A stretch of 64,000 nucleotides of DNA. Source: Scenedesmus sp. PABB004. Lineage: Eukaryota. The notes below the pieces were generated by a model. It ran no database searches and was not told the origin of the DNA. It was given only the letters and a program-made list of their open reading frames with translations. Position 1 is the first letter of the stretch; each line of letters begins with the position of its first letter. Shown piece by piece: positions 62,285 through 64,000 of the stretch. Where the stretch lies: positions 620,001-684,000 of the forward strand of contig JABVCE010000018.1 of assembly GCA_014905635.1 (NCBI GenBank). The letters run 5' to 3'. The position numbers were made by a program, and so were the translations under genes.

Positions 62285-64000
62285 ATGGAGGCCGGGCCGG
62301 CGCTGGGCGACATCGGGCTGCCTGCGATCACGGTCGCGGCGCTCGCGGGCGCGGGCCTGCGGGCGGCGCGGGACGTGCTGCTGCTGCCGCCGCTGGACCT
62401 CGTGGAGCGCCTCAACCTCAGCGCCGCGCAGGCCGAGCAGCTGCTCGCGCACGTCGCGGTCAACGCGGCGCCCTCGTTCACCACGGCGCGCGCGGGGCGG
62501 GCGCGGGCGCTGGCGCTGCTGCGCGCCGGAGCCGCGCGCCGCACGCCGCGAGCGCCGCGCGCCCGCCCGACGGCCCGGCCCGCGCAGGCGCTGGAGCTGT
62601 TCACCACGGTGCACCAGCACTCGGTGAAGGTCCTGACCGGGCTGCCGGTGCGCGCCGCCCGGGCTGCCGCGCCCGCGCGCGCGCTGTGCCCCGCGCCAGC
62701 GACGCACCGCCTGCCGCCGCCGCAGGGCCTGGACGCGGCGCTGCGCATCGGGCTGCCGCCGGGGGTGATCACGGAGCTGGTGGGGCCCGCGGGCGTGGGC
62801 AAGAGCCAGATGTGCTACCGCATCGCGCTGCAGGTGGGGCGCGCTGCCGGCGCCGCTGCGCGCGCCGTGCGCGCCGGCGCGGCACACGGCCCGCCCGCGC
62901 CCCGCAGGTGGCGCTGCCGCGCAGCCTGGGCGGGCTGGAGGCGGCGCTGATGTACATCGACACAGAGGGGAAGTTCAGCAGCCAGGCGCGGCGCGGCGCG
63001 GCGCGACCGCTTGGCGCGGCGCGGCACGGCACGGCCTGCCTGGCACCGCGCTGTGCAGCGAGGGCCTGCCGACCCGCCCGCCTGCCCGCGCTCTGGCCGC
63101 AGCGCCTGCTGGAGATGGCGACGGCGCGCATGCAGGCGGCGCAGCAGCAGCAGGGGCAGCAGAGGCAGCAGGGGCTCACCTACGAGGCGGCGGTGGAGCC
63201 GGTCCTCAACCGCGTGCTGGTCATGCGCCCGGGCTCGGCGGAGCAGCTGCAGGGCCAGCTGGTCAGCCTCAAGCAGGAGGTGCGCCGCGCGCGCTGCGCC
63301 GCGTGCGCCGCGTGCGCCGCAGCGCGCCTGCTGCAGCGCAGCAGCAGCCGAGGGCGGAGCGCGGCGCGCCGCGCGGCCGCGTGGCCGCAGGTGTCGCGAC
63401 GCGACATCAAGCTCATTCTGCTGGACAGCGTGGCCGCGCTGCTGCGCACCGAGCACGGCGGCGGCGACGCGGGCGCGCTCGCCGCGCGCGGGGAGCTGCT
63501 GGGCCGCCAGGCGGCGGCGCTCAAGGCGCTGGCGGAGGCGCACCACATACCCGTGGTGGTGACCAACCAGGCGCGGCCGCCGCGCGCCGCGCCACGCCGC
63601 GCGCCGCGCTGCGCCGCGCGCTCGGCGCGCGCTCGCCGGCCGGCGTCGCACGAGCGCGCGCGGCCGCCGCCGAGCGCGCGCGCGCGCCCGCCCGCCCGCG
63701 CGCGCAGGTCACCGCGCGGCCGCAGGGCGCCGCGACGCACAGCTTCCAGGCGCCCGCGGCGGCGGGCGGGCAGCTGTCGGCGGCGCTGGGCACCAAGTGG
63801 GCGCACGCGGTGAACGTGCGCCTCATACTCGAGCGCCTCGGCGAGCGCCGCTTCATCAAGGCGCGCGCGCGCGCGGCGCCCAGCAGCGCCGGCCCAGCAG
63901 CGCGGCCAGCCGCGCGCGCAGCAGGCGCCCCGCCGCCGCGTGACTGCGCGCGCGGCGTTGACCGCGCGCCGCGCCGCGCGCCGCAGATCGCCAAGTCGCC
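62285..64000 (+). CDS. RAD51B: DNA repair protein RAD51 paralogue B (runs off the window end)
   Basis: ITELVGPAGVGKSQMC (Walker A), YIDTEGKFSSQRLLEMA, LILLDSVAALLR (Walker B), IPVVVTNQV, AALGTKWAHAVNVRLILE. Four of 7 introns have GC donors. Confidence 0.85.

Overview
Gene-dense, extremely GC-rich eukaryotic nuclear DNA with many short spliceosomal introns. Gene content and intron style suggest a chlorophyte green alga, possibly Sphaeropleales (inference). Genes reconstructed by hand from exons: a hypothetical coiled-coil protein, mitochondrial ribosomal mL54, DXR, three DHA1-type MFS transporters, plastid HemK/PrmC, a large axonemal-dynein-light-chain-domain protein, a Cys-rich GPI-anchored protein, PNO1, 3-ketoacyl-CoA synthase, a PTS2 acyl-CoA oxidase, a GYF-domain protein, clathrin heavy chain and RAD51B (partial). 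Two things stand out. (1) The 7.7-22.8 kb block is a near-identical tandem amplification of a ~5.97-kb mosaic cassette, with an extra 2.8-kb internal copy. The cassette holds an MFS gene plus fragments of KASII, the GYF gene, the ACX 5' end and the HemK 3' end, and contains a 1.69-kb inversion bounded by CACTAC/GTAGTG whose reversal rejoins both the GYF and HemK pieces. (2) About 22 of 80 traced introns use GC donors, nearly always after an exonic AG. All gene models are manual and have no transcript support.
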